A DNA stretch of 64,000 nt from Tubiluchus corallicola (lineage: Eukaryota > Animalia > Priapulida), in contig JAQGDQ010000063.1 in assembly GCA_030141605.1 (NCBI GenBank), forward strand, positions 248,001 to 312,000. The letters run 5' to 3'. The notes below the pieces were generated by a model, which was not told the DNA's origin, did no database searches, and saw only the letters and a program-made list of their open reading frames with translations. This document shows, piece by piece, positions 38,725 to 52,392 of the stretch; within the stretch, counting starts at the first letter, position 1; every line of letters starts with the position of its first letter. The translations under genes were made by a program, and so were the position numbers.

Positions 38725-39853
38725 GCTAGATTCAAAAATACAGACTTTCGACGACCTTATACATGATATACTCAAAACAGCCGTTGGCGTTAACTAACAA
38801 TCCGCCTAAAACTGAATTAGAATTAATATGTGGTTTACCCCCAATCGATATACAATTCTCGTCTATTGTCAGCAGATTTTTAATGAAAGCGTTAGATAAA
38901 CCAGAGGATGATGTAGTTAAGTGTGAAATTCAACTTATTGATCAGTTGCGTTATCTGGGCCAATATTTTAATCATGTTTTGGCTAATCACATAACAAAAG
39001 CTAAATTGTTTTGAAAGATTACAAAAGGCATAGAAATTGCCGAAATGATACGTTGACGGTCGGTAATTTGGACAATACAAACCTAAAATATAATAAAAAT
39101 GAACTGGATAAATACATCAAAGTTTTATGGAGTAGAAAAGTGCAACATGTAAACCAGTTGACCGGTAATCCGCGAGTGATAATTCCTGTATTTACAACAC
39201 CATTAGATATACCAGTCAGTAAATATGACAGATTTATAGAAAGTGCGTTAGCTCTTCTACTTGGAAGCGGTTGCAAAACATTTAAATACAGGATAGGTAT
39301 AATTGATTCAGATCTGTGTGTTTGCGGTTTGGGCAGTCAAACCCCAGAACATTTAATTTTTCATTGTCCGTTACCATTTGTTAGACAAGATATAAGCGTG
39401 AATCTCAAGCGCGGCTTAGAAAATAATGGCATTCGGACCATTTACGGAAAGAGAGACACTAATGTAATTAAAATGTATATAGATATTGTAAAAGAACTAA
39501 CCCAAAATGATCTTATCGTAAATTGATTATACATGCATACTGTTTTTATACGAATAACATTAACGTAAGATTATTTATGTATGTAGAAGCTACAACATAT
39601 ACTACTTGTACATACAGTATAACATGTATAAACATTATACGCAAATATTAGACATGTAATTAGAATTAATAAATCGTAATGCAGTATTGTTAACTTGCTT
39701 AGTAAGAAATTGGTAACTGTGACGAATTTAATGTAAAAATTCATTTAATGTACATAATGTAAAGATTTATTTAACATTTTTATACTTATGTGCCCTGCAA
39801 AGAGTGGGCTTATTGTATCATTTTCAATAAAGATTTTTTAATAATAATAATAA
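38725..39853 (+). mobile_element. 5'-truncated non-LTR retrotransposon 3' end with C-terminal CCHC finger (I/Nimb/R1-like), flanked by (CT)n
   Basis: ELICGLPPIDI motif and CVCGLGSQTPEHLIFHCP zinc knuckle, with one frameshift near 39011. The 3'UTR has AATAAA at ~39826 and a (TAA)n tail. Confidence 0.75.
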
Positions 39854-40027
<174 letters not shown>

Positions 40028-41877
40028 CTTTTCTTCATTTATTCTGAGTAGCAAAGTTTTTCATAGGAAAGAAAAAGTTTTCTATTCAGACATATTCGGG
40101 AAAAGTTTTCTGCAACATGAAATCTCGACAACTTTTTGGTCTCCGGCTTTAAAGGGCTGTCACGCCAAAAGGGGTAGGTAAGGCAGCGGTACGCACGACA
40201 CACTACCATTGAGCACAAAATAGGTTACCTTAATGCTAAACCGTGTTAGGGGTGACGAAACTCTATATCAAGCTTCCAGTGATAGGATCATTGCCAATAT
40301 TTCGAATCTTATTAAGAATACGTAGGAGGAATTCTGGAAAAACTTACAGAGGTGTATTTGAAAACAAACCTGATCATACCGCAGATGTATTAAAATCACG
40401 GAACACTTTTTTGTAAGCTAATGTTCATAAAACCGACCTAAAAACAAAATTGGCTGTACCTGGCTAGTTTTTTGCAAAAGCACCAAGAATGAAATTAGTT
40501 GATAAAATGAGGCCATTATTAAAATGACAATACATTCAAAATAGCAAGGCAAAAAGTGTGGGGCACACCCAAATACCACCCCACCCAATACGTGAGTGTA
40601 CGTGAGAGTGGGTTTTCAGATCCAGCGACAGCAGGCAAATGGGTGATTTTCTACAAGATGACGGATGTCATTCGTTGATTGGTCGGCTAGAAACAATGGG
40701 CGCGACACTGGCGCGCATGCTCACGAACATTCCTTACAAAAACTCATTTACTGCTATTCTATCGATAAATTTACCTTTTTCGCTAACAAAGAAAAACAAG
40801 CGTGAGATCTTCAGTAATTTTGTGCTAGCGACGCATGCTCAGTGCTCACCGTTGAACACACCACCAGGATCAGGACACCCTTGCAGCGCAAGACGATTAG
40901 CAGATCAAATAACTTGAAGACAATAGACTCATCAAGCCTATTGGAAATATCAAAGATTAGGAAAAACCGTATTCGCTGTAAAACTCTATAATTAAGTTTA
41001 AAATCGACGTTAGTATCAAATAGGCAATTTAAATTATTAAATGAGCGGTTTTTTTCAACAACTAGATGAGTTGTTTTTAGTTGAAAGGCAAAGCCTGAGC
41101 CGACTAGCACTTAAGCTAACTTTATAGTGACATTGACTTCGGTTGTTGAGCTTACATCTCCTTATTTGGGCTAGGTCACTTTTAAAAGAGGAGCTTCGCC
41201 AGGTTCTGAGATATTGTCAGTCATTCTTAACTTTACCGAGGTCTTGCGCTTTCAGTGACCAATCCAGCGTTTTTTATTATAACTATAGTTAAACTTTCAT
41301 CTATGCCTGTAGGAAAGCCTATAGTTTATCAAGAACAGATCGCAGGATAATTTACACGAAAGAATGATTATGAGAGACACTCACTGATCTAGTGTAATTT
41401 GCAAGTCTTCATTTCTTGTCTTTAGTCTGATTCTCATTTCACTACCTCTCAGTTTATTCTACGTCTTCCTTTCATTCGCTGCTGACATGGCGTTGGAATA
41501 CAAAGCAGTTGGTGTAATCGTAACCGTCCGGCGTTTGTTTGCCCGCCTGTCTCAGTTTCTCTCCAGCTTTTAATTGCCTAGAGCAAATCGGTTTCGTTAT
41601 CGTGTTGACACAGACATCTATCTTTTCTAAATCAATGAAATAGCTTTAGTATGCGCTGCTGATAAAACATAATTATTTCTCTGCCTATGTATGGTAATCA
41701 CCTTGGTTATTTCTGGCTTCGAGTGTTCCAGAGTCAACACAACATGGAACAATTCGTTTAGTTGTTTAGGTGGGTTTCAGTGACAAAGTAGATCGACAAT
41801 TTTCGTTTGTGCGGAGGGAAGAGTCACACATCTACATTTGCTTTAAGGAGAATTTAATCATACGTATAGCTTGAAGC

Positions 41878-42852
41878 CAATAAGCCCACTAGCAAGCCTA
41901 CGGGCCGATTGTGCACATTAGTAAGTCTGCAAACCATATGAGAACACGAGTAAACTTATAGGCCAAATGAACACATTAGCAAGTTCATAAGCCAAATGAC
42001 CACATTAACAAGCCTACAAGCCAAAGGAACACATTAGCAGGTTTATAAGCCAAAATAACACATTAGTAAGCCTACAGATCAAATTACATTAGCAAGCCTG
42101 CAGGTCAAATGAGTACATTAGCAAGCCTGCAGGTCAAATGAGTACATTAGTAAGCATACGGGTCAAATGACCACAATAGCAAGCCTACTGGTCAAATGAG
42201 TGCATTAGCAAGTCTACAGGTCAAATGAGCACATTAGCAAGCCTACTGGTCAAATGAGTACATTAGCAAGCCTGCAGGTCAAATGAGTACATTAGCAAGC
42301 TACGTGTCAAATGAGCACATTAGCAAGCCTACTGGTCAAATGAGTACATTAGCAAGTCTACAGGTCAAATGAGTACATTAGTAAGCCTACGGGTCAAATG
42401 ACCACATTAGCAAGTCTACAGGTCAAATGAGTACATTAGTAAGCCTACAGGTCAAATGAGCACATTGGCAAGCCTACATGTCAAATGAGCTCATTAGCAA
42501 GGTTACAGGTCAAACAAGCACATTATTAAGCCTACTGGTCAAATGAGTACATTAGTAAGCCTACGGGTCAAATGAGCACATTAGCAAGCCTACAGGTCAA
42601 ACAAGCACATTATTAAGCCTACTGGTCAAATGAGTACATTAGTAAGCCTACGGGTCAAATGAGCACATTAGCAAGCCTACAGGTCAGATGAGTACATTAG
42701 CAAGCCTACTGGTCAAATGAGTACATTAGCAAACCTACAGGTCAAATGAGCACATTAGCAAACCTACAGGTCAAATGAGCACATTAGCAAGGCTTCAGGT
42801 CAAACAAGCACATTATTAAGCCTACGGGTCAAATAAGCACATCGGTAAGCTT
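41878..42852. repeat. 29-bp minisatellite, ~33 copies, in Dscam intron 1
   Basis: Unit GTCAAATGAGTACATTAGCAAGCCTACAG; period 29 verified (42133, 42162). Degenerate at the left edge. Confidence 0.95.
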
Positions 42853-44402
42853 ATAGTGAGTGTTTAAGTTTAGGTAAGTATATTTAGCAAGCTTAGAGGC
42901 AAGTTGAGTACATTTGTTTTTCTTCTTGTAATTAAACGTAATTACTACATGGGTTGCATGTCGCGATGAAAGAACTAGTTAAACGTAATTTTAAGGTCAA
43001 TTAATTTATAAACAGGATGCAGGAATTCAGAAAAGCCGTCTAATATTGTGTCCTGGCATAATCAATTCTCCACAGCAGTTATTATTGAATAATGCTAGCT
43101 TCTGTTCTAACATACGCTTAGTAACAATTTTCGAGAGTTATTACGCAATTTCGATTTGTGCTGGCTAATCACATGCAGCTTGTATGCTGCATAAACTAGG
43201 CCTGCAGTAGTTACTTACATAATTAATCCGTCATTAAGGAACGGCGAACAGCAACGTGATATTAATGAAGTAACGAATTCTTTTACCTGAGTTAGGCAAA
43301 CTCAAAATCTTTAGTCCAAAATTTTTTTCTTTCCGTGTTTCTTTTTTGTGTGTGATAGATAAAACTAATTTCAATCAGCTGCTTGAAAATATCGCTATTA
43401 AACTGGAACGAAGAGCCGATATAAATTTTGTAATAATGCGTTCTTTATGTAGGCGTAGTAAAACAACATCAAACGCGCAACACCGCAGAAAATTATATTC
43501 GACATTATAACAGCATAGTAAAATGACGTGAAATAACATGCGAAATTACCAAGTTTATAAGCTGACTATAAAGCTGTAGCAATAATTATAAGAGAAAGAA
43601 GCAAACCATTAAATTTTGCTTCACAACGCGGCTAGTAAAATGTATGGCAATAACATGGAACGTTATTAAAATGTTATAAAAAACGTTTTCTCGCGGCACA
43701 ATATCGCGTTACGACATGTTTGTATGCAATTTAGAAGTCTGTGTCTGAATTAAAATTACTTTTAAGCTATTTAGATCTTGAGTCGTAATGTTTACTTGTC
43801 CAGTGTGCCCCGCACGTGCACTTCATTTCTTTTTCCAATAAGTTCATTTACACTTACGTTAATTTAAGTGGACTTTAGATGATCATTTTAAGAATGCTGT
43901 TTAGAAAATAACTGCAAGTAATTCAGCAAGAATCCTCTTCACCCGGCTATACTATTGTGATGAAACCTTTTATTCTAGGTCATAGAGTAAGTCTGTATAT
44001 AACAGAGAGTCTTTAGTTCTGATTGACAACGTAGAAAAGTACTCGACACGCCCTAGAAATTCTGAATCCCTTTCCCGCCTTTAATAACGTCGTCTGCTTG
44101 TATCCCCGTTGAAACTACACGTAGATATGACGACTTATCTTTTCCGTAAGTCATTTAAAATGTCATGGCCCCTCGTGCAGTAAAAATGTTGGACGAGAGG
44201 TGCTATTGGAGTCTAGCCAAAAAGATACACGACGGGTACATGTTCTGTTTACATTACAAAATTAATGCGGGTCCTGGATGCAGATTTTCTGAAACTACAT
44301 ACTAGCTACTGTGGCCTTTCTGGCCGTGTAACTGTTTATATTAGATGTGTGTGGGTATGTGCTCTGGGAATAAATAAATGATTTATTGTTATTATTATTA
44401 TT

Positions 44403-44438
<36 letters not shown>

Positions 44439-45084
44439 ATTATTATTATTACTATTATTACACTGTTGTAAAAACTGTCTAGTTATGTAGTGTGTCGACC
44501 GGCTAAGACCTATAGTTCATTTAAAATAAATTTAGTAATTGTTTATAGTAAACGTTAAATGTTTAAATCGATTAATAACACAAACTGGCTTAGCTTTTAA
44601 GTAAGTACCAAAAGTTTGTGTTTATCATGTTTTACTAGCAAGAGAATTGATTCTTTTGGTCAAACTTTTTCGAATTTACATGAATTTCGAATAATACAGA
44701 CACAGATGCAAGAAGTTACAGAGAAAACGCTGAATTTCACATGCGACAATCATCTGTAGTTGATTGTTGACTGTCAATAATGTCAAGCAAACACTAAAGG
44801 AAAAATCCCTTGGTATTTGGTTGTTTGATTGTCAATGATATCTATAATTATCCCTTGCAAATACGATATCTGTGATTGGTGCCCAGAAATCTGATAACTT
44901 CATCTTGTTGGAATAAGTAGAAGATTAAGGCAGACGTTTTAACGTTGATGCTAGTCAAAATTAGACTTCAGTCATAACTTTTTCATCGACAAATTCATCC
45001 TGGAAATAATAAAAACTCATTTTGCAGCTTACAATGTACAAAATCGAAATAAACGAAAAGAAATCAGCAGCAAGAATGTCAGTT

Positions 45085-45106
45085 ATGACGATCACGATGA
45101 TGGTGA

Positions 45107-45140
<34 letters not shown>

Positions 45141-45246
45141 GATGATGATGATGATGATGCTGATGATAATGATGATGAAGATGATAACGATGATAATGAC
45201 GTACATGACGAAGACAAAAACGATAGCAAGGAACACGATGACGATG
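45085..45246. repeat. (GAT)n/(GGT)n imperfect microsatellite
   Basis: Visible directly. Similar (TAA)(TGA) run at 53860-53990 and (TTG)/(TTA) run at 44385-44460. Confidence 0.95.
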
Positions 45247-45492
45247 TAAAGAACAAAGGCGCGCTAATAATAAAGAAATATCCCACGAGGCTAATATTGT
45301 GTAGGTAACATATCAGTAACAGGTGTTATATTACTTTTCACGTTATTGCTATTAGACTATGAGCTAACTTGGAACGTCGCATCGTTCACATCAAACTGCA
45401 CTGTGATAAAGTGGAAATTCATGCAGACTTTGACATAAAATCACTATTGCTGTAATGTACTGATAATTTCGTAAAGAATGTTCGATCATTTG

Positions 45493-45686
45493 TTAACCCT
45501 TTGCATCAATTATAAAACTGATTAGACCCAATAATCGTGTCATTTAAGTGCTTTACTAATATTTTGCCAGCAACATTAAGTTGTCAGTTTAGTTGAAACT
45601 TGGACGTTTTGAAGTTTTAAATAATAAAAGAAGACCAAGGCAGCGAAAGTAGAAGAAATTCTCTTTGCTGAACAGAAAGGGGTTAA
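45493..45686. mobile_element. Possible piggyBac-like MITE
   Basis: TTAA-CCCTTTG ... AGAAAGGGG-TTAA: TTAA on both sides with CCC/GGG termini, but only short TIRs. Confidence 0.45.
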
Positions 45687-47843
45687 AGCGGATGGATAAA
45701 GTGAGATAATGTGGTCTGTTTTCCCGAGATTGATCTAAGTCATAATTAATTTATAATTAGAAAAACAGAAAATCTTTAAGTGAAGCCATTAGCAATTATA
45801 TCACTACGCTGGAATTTTGAAGAGGCGTTAGGAAAAAAACAAATAGCAGATTCCCTATTAAAAAGCTGTGTAACCTCATGAACGGCAGAGCGAGACAATA
45901 GATGATGGTCTCAATAGATCGATGCAATAGGTGTCCTGGGTTGGATGGTCGAGTGGTCTAGGTTTCCTACAATTCCTTCATGTTTATTTGTTGTTTGTGC
46001 GTTGCGTCCTTACCGGTATTGTTGTGTAAGTCACTAAATAGCCGTTCGTGCTAAATGTTGTCTGTTAAATGACCGACGGTAAACAAAAATCTTGTCTTTA
46101 TGATGGTTTCACAAGTCACTTACTAATTTAATTTCAATTTATTTGCTCAACTTACTAACTAGCTTCAACTAACGGCGTTCATCCAACGGCAAATTCTAAG
46201 TCTTAATAAGCAGTCATTAATTATTTTGAGTCTACATATGAGTTTTTGTGCTGTTTCTTCACGCTGATGTAGAGCAGAGGTGTAAAATCGCTTGTATTGC
46301 TCGCTCGCTGGATCTTGCATCGATCCCGCAGTCAGCGTCCATTTGTGAGGCTACATTACTTAAGAGTAAAGTGTTACGCCACCAAGCTGTGAGACCTCCC
46401 TCGCACTAGAAAAACAGACGAGGAACTCATGCGATTTTGTTACTCCAGAGAAGTTGTCCAATGTCGATTTTTCGCGAATACTTGAAATGGTGGCTTGGCT
46501 TTTTTGAGAAAAAATTGGCGTTGCTCACTTGTACGTGTATTAGCGATTTACAGCCCACTCACTACCGACTTGATTGTTTTAAAACCTTTTCTCAAACAGA
46601 ATAATTAGAATATGGAATCAACTCACTGAGTTTGTCCGCGATGGCCCCTTGGGCTCTGCTTAAAGTAGCAAACTTTTTAAAAACCGTTTAAAGGATGTAA
46701 ATCTTAATAATCATTTATTTTTTAATAGGCATGTGTAAGCAGCATTGGCTCTTTGTGCTTTTATCCGTAGTCTCTTAACTGGCCATTTTTATTTGTAAAA
46801 TTTATATCTGTGATGTATATACGTCTTATCCTAGTTTTATATTTTACATATTCTTGTAAATATTTTAATAACTTTTTTAATAAAGATTACGTACTAAACT
46901 TAGTAGCAGACATGTGAAGCCACGTTTGATGCCACTAAACTCATCAATCAAGCCACGTGGTTTCTTTTGTAAATGCTATTTAACAAACTTCAAAAAAACG
47001 AGAGGCTTACGAAGCACGCCATATTGCATGGTACTTCCACGCGTGCTCGTGTGCAGCTGGTGGTGCACCATAGTAAATATAAGCTCATTTCCTTACTATT
47101 GGGTCTGTAGCATCTGAGGAGTGATTTTTCGAACTTGATGTCACCGCAATAAATGTGACAAACAAGTGTAAGCTCGGTTGAATGTCTTGCAAACTTAACT
47201 CAACAGCTTTACACTTGTTTTCTATATATGCGCAAATCTCCTCGAAGAAGGGACAATAATAAAAAAATTAAAATAATTATGAATACCGAAGAAATATAAC
47301 TGTTACCTAACTTACTAGTGTTATGAGGTGTTTTTTATGAGGCAGGCGTAGTGCTATGAAGTGTTTGTTATGAGGCATGCCTAGTGTTCGAAGATGCTTG
47401 TTATGAGGCAGGCCTAGTATTACAACGAGTTTGCAATGAGGTAGGCCGTGTATGAAAACATTTAACATTTTTGTTTTCATCGCTAAAAATAATTACTTTT
47501 CACAAAACCTTTCTGCTGACAAAAGCGACCAGAGGGATAAAAAGAAAAGGGGCGGATAAAAAGGGATAAAAAGTAAACCCTTCGGTAATTGAATACAGCT
47601 CCCATCCATCCAAACGTGGTAAAGCTAGCACAATACAGCGACAGCTATCTAGTAGTATCTCTCCCTCTCTTCCTCATCTCTAGTTCTCCTTTCTCGCCTC
47701 CTCTTTTTGTCTCTTTCTCTCTCTCGCCCCTCAACCCTCTCTTTCGCTCTCTTTTTCTCCTCTCTCTCCCACGATTTCATTCTTTCTCCTTCCCTCCCTC
47801 TCTTTCCTTCTTCTTTTCTTCCCTCCCTCTTCCCTCCTCTCTC

Positions 47844-47917
<74 letters not shown>

Positions 47918-48509
47918 CCTCTTTCTTTTTTGGCAATCTTTGTCTTTTTGTCATCTTAGCACAGTCACAGCAACAACAGTGGCAGCAGCGACAACGACGA
48001 TGACGACAACAACAATAACAACACTGCGTATATAGAAAGATAAAACCAAAGCGCAGAATAGAAAGTAAATGACAAATGAGCAAAAACCCGATTACTGTTC
48101 TGCTGATAAGACATAAATGGGGATTAACGAGAGCAAGTCGGATAAGCGTTCTATAAAATGATTTCAGAAATCGTTAATAAGACGGGACAATGAACACTCG
48201 GCTACAATGTTTAATACGGTAATGTGTGCACATTTTAAAAATAAGGTTGTAATATCATAGTAGAAATTCTTACCCAAAATAGCCACAACAACATTAAATA
48301 GATGATCCTTTTATTGTGCACTAGCAGCCTCGAGTAAAAATCAACTTGGTTTTTTGGCGTTGTCTTCATTCTGTTGAGGAGGCACCAGGACAATGCGGGG
48401 GGTGTGTGATTTTTACTCGAGTATATGATAAAGAGATTTTATTTTCAGCGGCTGCTGTAGTTACTCTATTTTTGTTGAATAAGAAGCTTTCGTTTGTCTT
48501 TAGACTTTA

Positions 48510-48743
48510 TGGCGCGTTCAGACTAGAGAACTCTCTCACAAGTTCTTGCGCAAGTTACCTCTGATAGTAAACTTGCAAGTGTGAACGGTTTTGCAAGTTC
48601 TCTCGCAAGTTATTGCAAACTCAGCGAGATTTGCTGATAGTACAACTTGTGCAAGAACTTGCAAGCCGTTCACACTTGCAAGTTTACTCTCAAAGAGAAC
48701 TTGCGCAAGAACTTGTCAGAGAACGTTCTAGTCTGAACGCGCA
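48510..48743. mobile_element. Long palindromic MITE (PIF/Harbinger-like), upstream of the Dscam Ig1 exon
   Basis: GGCGCGTTCAGACTAGA...TCTAGTCTGAACGCGC ends, with arms imperfectly complementary over roughly 90 nt. TTA on the left flank. Confidence 0.85.
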
Positions 48744-48807
48744 TCTTTAGACCTTGATTTAACTTTTTTCGCGTTTGAAACTGAATTTGATTTTTCCATG
48801 TTTATAG

Positions 48808-49140
48808 GAACTATACTAGTGCGTGTGCAATCTGATAACATTACCGGACCACAGTTTCTTCATCAGTTACCAGAAAGCATTGTATTTACCAACGACTCAG
48901 GTGTTGCCATCCACTGTTCAGCTGCGGGGGTACCACCGCCGTCAATTAGATGGGAAACGCACACGGCACACAAGGTGAACTCTGTTCTAGGTCTGCGCGA
49001 AGTGTACTCTAATGGGACTATTCGTATCCTGCCCTTTGCTCCGAGATCATACAGAGCTGAGATTCATTCTAGCATCTTTGTATGTTTTGCCGAAAACATT
49101 GTTGGTGCTATCAGGAGCAGGAACGTGACATTTCACGCAG
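48808..49140 (+). CDS. Dscam: Dscam exon: Ig1
   Basis: tttatag|GA acceptor, CAG|gtac donor, 333 nt, phase 1-1. GPQF..LPESIVFTNDSG..IHCSAAGVPPPSIRW...PFAPRSYRAEIHSSIFVCFAENIVGAIRSRNV is the diagnostic Dscam Ig1 pattern. Confidence 0.93.
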
Positions 49141-49172
49141 GTACAAAACTGTGAAGTTGTAAAAAACGCTTA

Positions 49173-49384
49173 CGGCGCGTTTAGACTAGAGAGTTTTCTC
49201 TCGCAAGCGTGAACGGCTTTGCGAATTCTCTCAGCAAGGTTTGCCAAACTGTTCGAGAATTACTGAAAGTTCTCTCCGACGCTAAGCGCGAACTGACGGC
49301 CCCGCAAACCTTGCACCAGAACTTCCTCAGAGAAAATTCTTAGAGAGAACTCGCGCAAAAAAACTCTCTAGTCTGAACGCCCCG
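49173..49384. mobile_element. Palindromic MITE (PIF/Harbinger-like), downstream of the Dscam Ig1 exon
   Basis: TTA-CGGCGCGTTTAGACTAGAGAG ... CTCTCTAGTCTGAACGCCCCG-TTA, a 3-bp TTA TSD. Confidence 0.85.
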
Positions 49385-49889
49385 TTAGTCTTCTTAAGTG
49401 CTTGGTCTTTTTGAACATCATCGTTTGTATAAAATTACTCGGGGTAATTCCTCTTCAACTATTTTTCATCGTTTTTTACTATTTTTTGCTACCTTATATA
49501 GAGTTTGTTTCTTCGCACCAATTTTTGCTGAAACTGTGAAATGAATAATGTGTGATACGGATTTGTGAGGAAATTGTGCAATTTCCCTTACATAATTACA
49601 TTCCTAAATAAATCAAGACAAAGCGTTAAGTTATACAGCCGGTAGTAATTATTTCGTGGAATATGTAATTGCCAAAAAGGTGTTGGGAAGAAGTTTAAAC
49701 GTCTAAATTTTTAAATTTCGTGACGTTGACATACGCCTGCATTTAAATGTTCCCCTAAGATGTATACATGTTATTATTCGAGAAATTAGTAATGACACAG
49801 GAAATACTCCCATAATTTAATTTTATCGCAAGCTAAACTGTTCGTTTTAATTTTAATTTTTATTCTAAAGTCCGTTTTATTCTTACTAG

Positions 49890-50036
49890 TAACACGCCAG
49901 TCGTACGATGTAACTGTCAATGACAAAGATGTTGTTGAAGGAAACACGGCTGTTCTGAAATGCACGATTCCTACCTTTGTCATGTCATTTGTTGTGTTTG
50001 ACCACTGGATTAGGAACTCGCAGCGTCTTCGTGAAG
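49890..50036 (+). CDS. Dscam: Dscam exon: Ig2 N-terminal half (equivalent of insect exon 4)
   Basis: cttactag|TA acceptor, AAG|gtat donor, 147 nt, phase 1-1. Encodes VTRQSYDVTVNDKDVVEGNTAVLKCTIPTFVMSFVVFDHW. Confidence 0.92.
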
Positions 50037-50786
50037 GTATAACTTTGATACTTTAATTTTGTTTAACATATATTAAATTATTTCTGCTACATGCTTGCGT
50101 ATAATTATGTGATTTTCTTGCCTAGCGTTGTTGTTACTTAACAAAACGTAACACTTGGTCGCATGGATCTGGTTACTGATAGTTCATTTTTGGAAATTGA
50201 CCAGCGAGAGAAACAGCAAGCAGAAAAATCCTCTTTGGGTAAAGGGGGTTCATTCATTTTTATCTGCAAAAATTCTGGCTAGTTAATATAAGGCGGGAAC
50301 GCGGACCGCGAGCAAAGAAACAAGTTTGCTGGTATTCACGTTTCTGCAACCTTTTTAAATAAGAGGTTCCCTGGTAGTCTGTGATTCAATGATTAAGTGA
50401 CACACTGGTCACAGGTCTTAGATCAGTCGGGTTCTTTTTCCTTTGTGATCAGCTTTGTAGTCATGCTTACAGACGTAGATGAGTTTTCAGTTCACTCTCT
50501 TCTATACCCAGCTTACACCCAATCTGGAGTAGTTAGTAAATACTCACGCTTTTTCCTTCTCGATCCGTTTCATAATCGTTCATGCTCACCCTTCCTCGGA
50601 TCGTTCATCATCTTTCACTCTTTTTTGTTTGAGAGTGGTTTCACAACAACTCTCAAGACATAGACTAGTCCTCATTTTTTCTTCGCGGTCATAGATCTGC
50701 TCTCGTGTTTTCACTCCTGGTCTTAGATCAGCTCTCACTTTCCCTTTATGACCGTAGACCACTTCTTGCACTTCCTTCATAGTCAT

Positions 50787-51145
50787 TAGGGGTGAACATT
50801 GTCTACCAGAAAGCGAATTCGACTCGATTCAATCTCGAATCAAGCCGAATTTCGAGACTTCGAATCCGAATCGAATTCCAGTTTAGTTTTAATGACTTTT
50901 GAATAAATCACTAATAAAAAGTGGGTCTCACAAAGATCCTGCAAATTACTTGCATTTTATTCTGCAGTAAAATACAAATAATTCGTTTAAAAATTGTGCT
51001 CAGAAATTAGAGCTAAATTGCGCTGATTGCATGCTGTTTTAATGGTAAAGAACTTATGTAGTTGAAGTGCAGGATTATTCAAATGTATAATTCTAGGTTC
51101 GAATGGAATTAATTCGAATGTTCAAACTTGAACATTCCTCTCCTA
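50787..51145. mobile_element. hAT-like MITE (same family as 19186-20356), inserted in a degenerate ~31-bp tandem repeat (~50650-51230)
   Basis: Start TAGGGGTGAACATT..CCAGAAAGC and shared internal sequence. Flanks ATAGTCAT / ATCGTCAT; host repeat GTCATAGATCAGCTCTC. Confidence 0.7.
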
Positions 51146-51941
51146 TCGTCATAGATCAGCCCGCACTTTTCCTTCGTGGTCATAGATCAGCTCTCGCGTT
51201 TTCCATCGTGGTCGGTTTTACGATCAGCTCAGGCGCTGATAATGAATATAATTTATGAAGCCACTCTGCGCATAAATCCTTTGTGTGTATAATGAGGCTG
51301 AGCCCTGATCAAACACGAACTGAAGCCAAATCATAAAAATGCTTCCTTGACACGCCGAAGCTGTTAAAATTATTATTACTTTAATTTTACTATTATGTCT
51401 TATAACCCTTTAACGCCAACAGTCACTTATATTACTTTGGTACATCTAGTTTTACGTATCTGACGATAAATTTCTAAAAAACTGAAAATGTAGATTCAGC
51501 ATAGTTTAGCTACAACATGACTGACATCGTTAGACATTGAATTATGCCGTTCTTCTTATTATGGAATAACACTTTACTCGTTTGTAAAAACTGGAATGGC
51601 TTTAATGGGCTTCTTTGCAAATGCCGAAAAAGAGGATTCGTTATTTTAAATTTAGCAAGGGATTGCAGATCCGTTGTGTAATAAAGTAATGGATCTATTA
51701 AGCTCATACTTCCAATTCATGCACAATACCTGATTAATAGCACTTATAATCATTATAATCTTATAATCATTTTTGTTTTCTTTGCCACTGAGTTAGAAAC
51801 TCCGAATATTTGTTGTGGTTTTTATTCTTTTGCACATTGTATTGTTTTACTAAAGATAATAGTTGTTACAATCAAACGAACAGATTTCTCCAGTAAAAAA
51901 GAACTACATCTGTACAGATTTGTTTGTTTGTCGATCTGTCT

Positions 51942-52031
<90 letters not shown>

Positions 52032-52242
52032 CTGTCTTTCTTTCTTTGTGTGTCAAAAAACAAAACATTAATTTTTTGTAATGTTGTTTTGTTTGTGTGT
52101 GCTTACTTGTGTTTTTGTTGTTATTCTAGTACGATATGAACGAATATTTGAAATAAAGAAGTAAGTCAAATCACATGAAATACTTTCTTTCTTTGTCAAT
52201 ACGTAAACCATTTTTCACGAATACAAAAACTTACGTTTTCAG

Positions 52243-52392
52243 ATTCTAGGATCAAGGTATACAAATCAGGTGAACTTCACATAAACAATGCAAGTAAAAT
52301 TGACACACGGTACACCTATCAGTGTGTTACACGTGATGTGGTGACGGGGGTGCTGAAGCCAAGTTCCCGAGTTGGAAAACTGCGGCTAACGG
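52243..52392 (+). CDS. Dscam: Dscam exon: Ig2 C-terminal half
   Basis: gttttcag|AT acceptor, CGG|gtgaga donor, 150 nt, phase 1-1. Encodes SGELHINNASKIDTRYTYQCVTRDVVTG...GKLRLT. Confidence 0.92.

Noticed and set aside
40149-40270. Kolobok-like MITE starting TTAA-AGGG
   Set aside because: I could not find the matching inverted end.
41878-42852. CRISPR-like appearance of the regular repeat array (also 14335-14660)
   Set aside because: Units are contiguous with no unique spacers, there are no cas genes, and the context is a eukaryotic intron.
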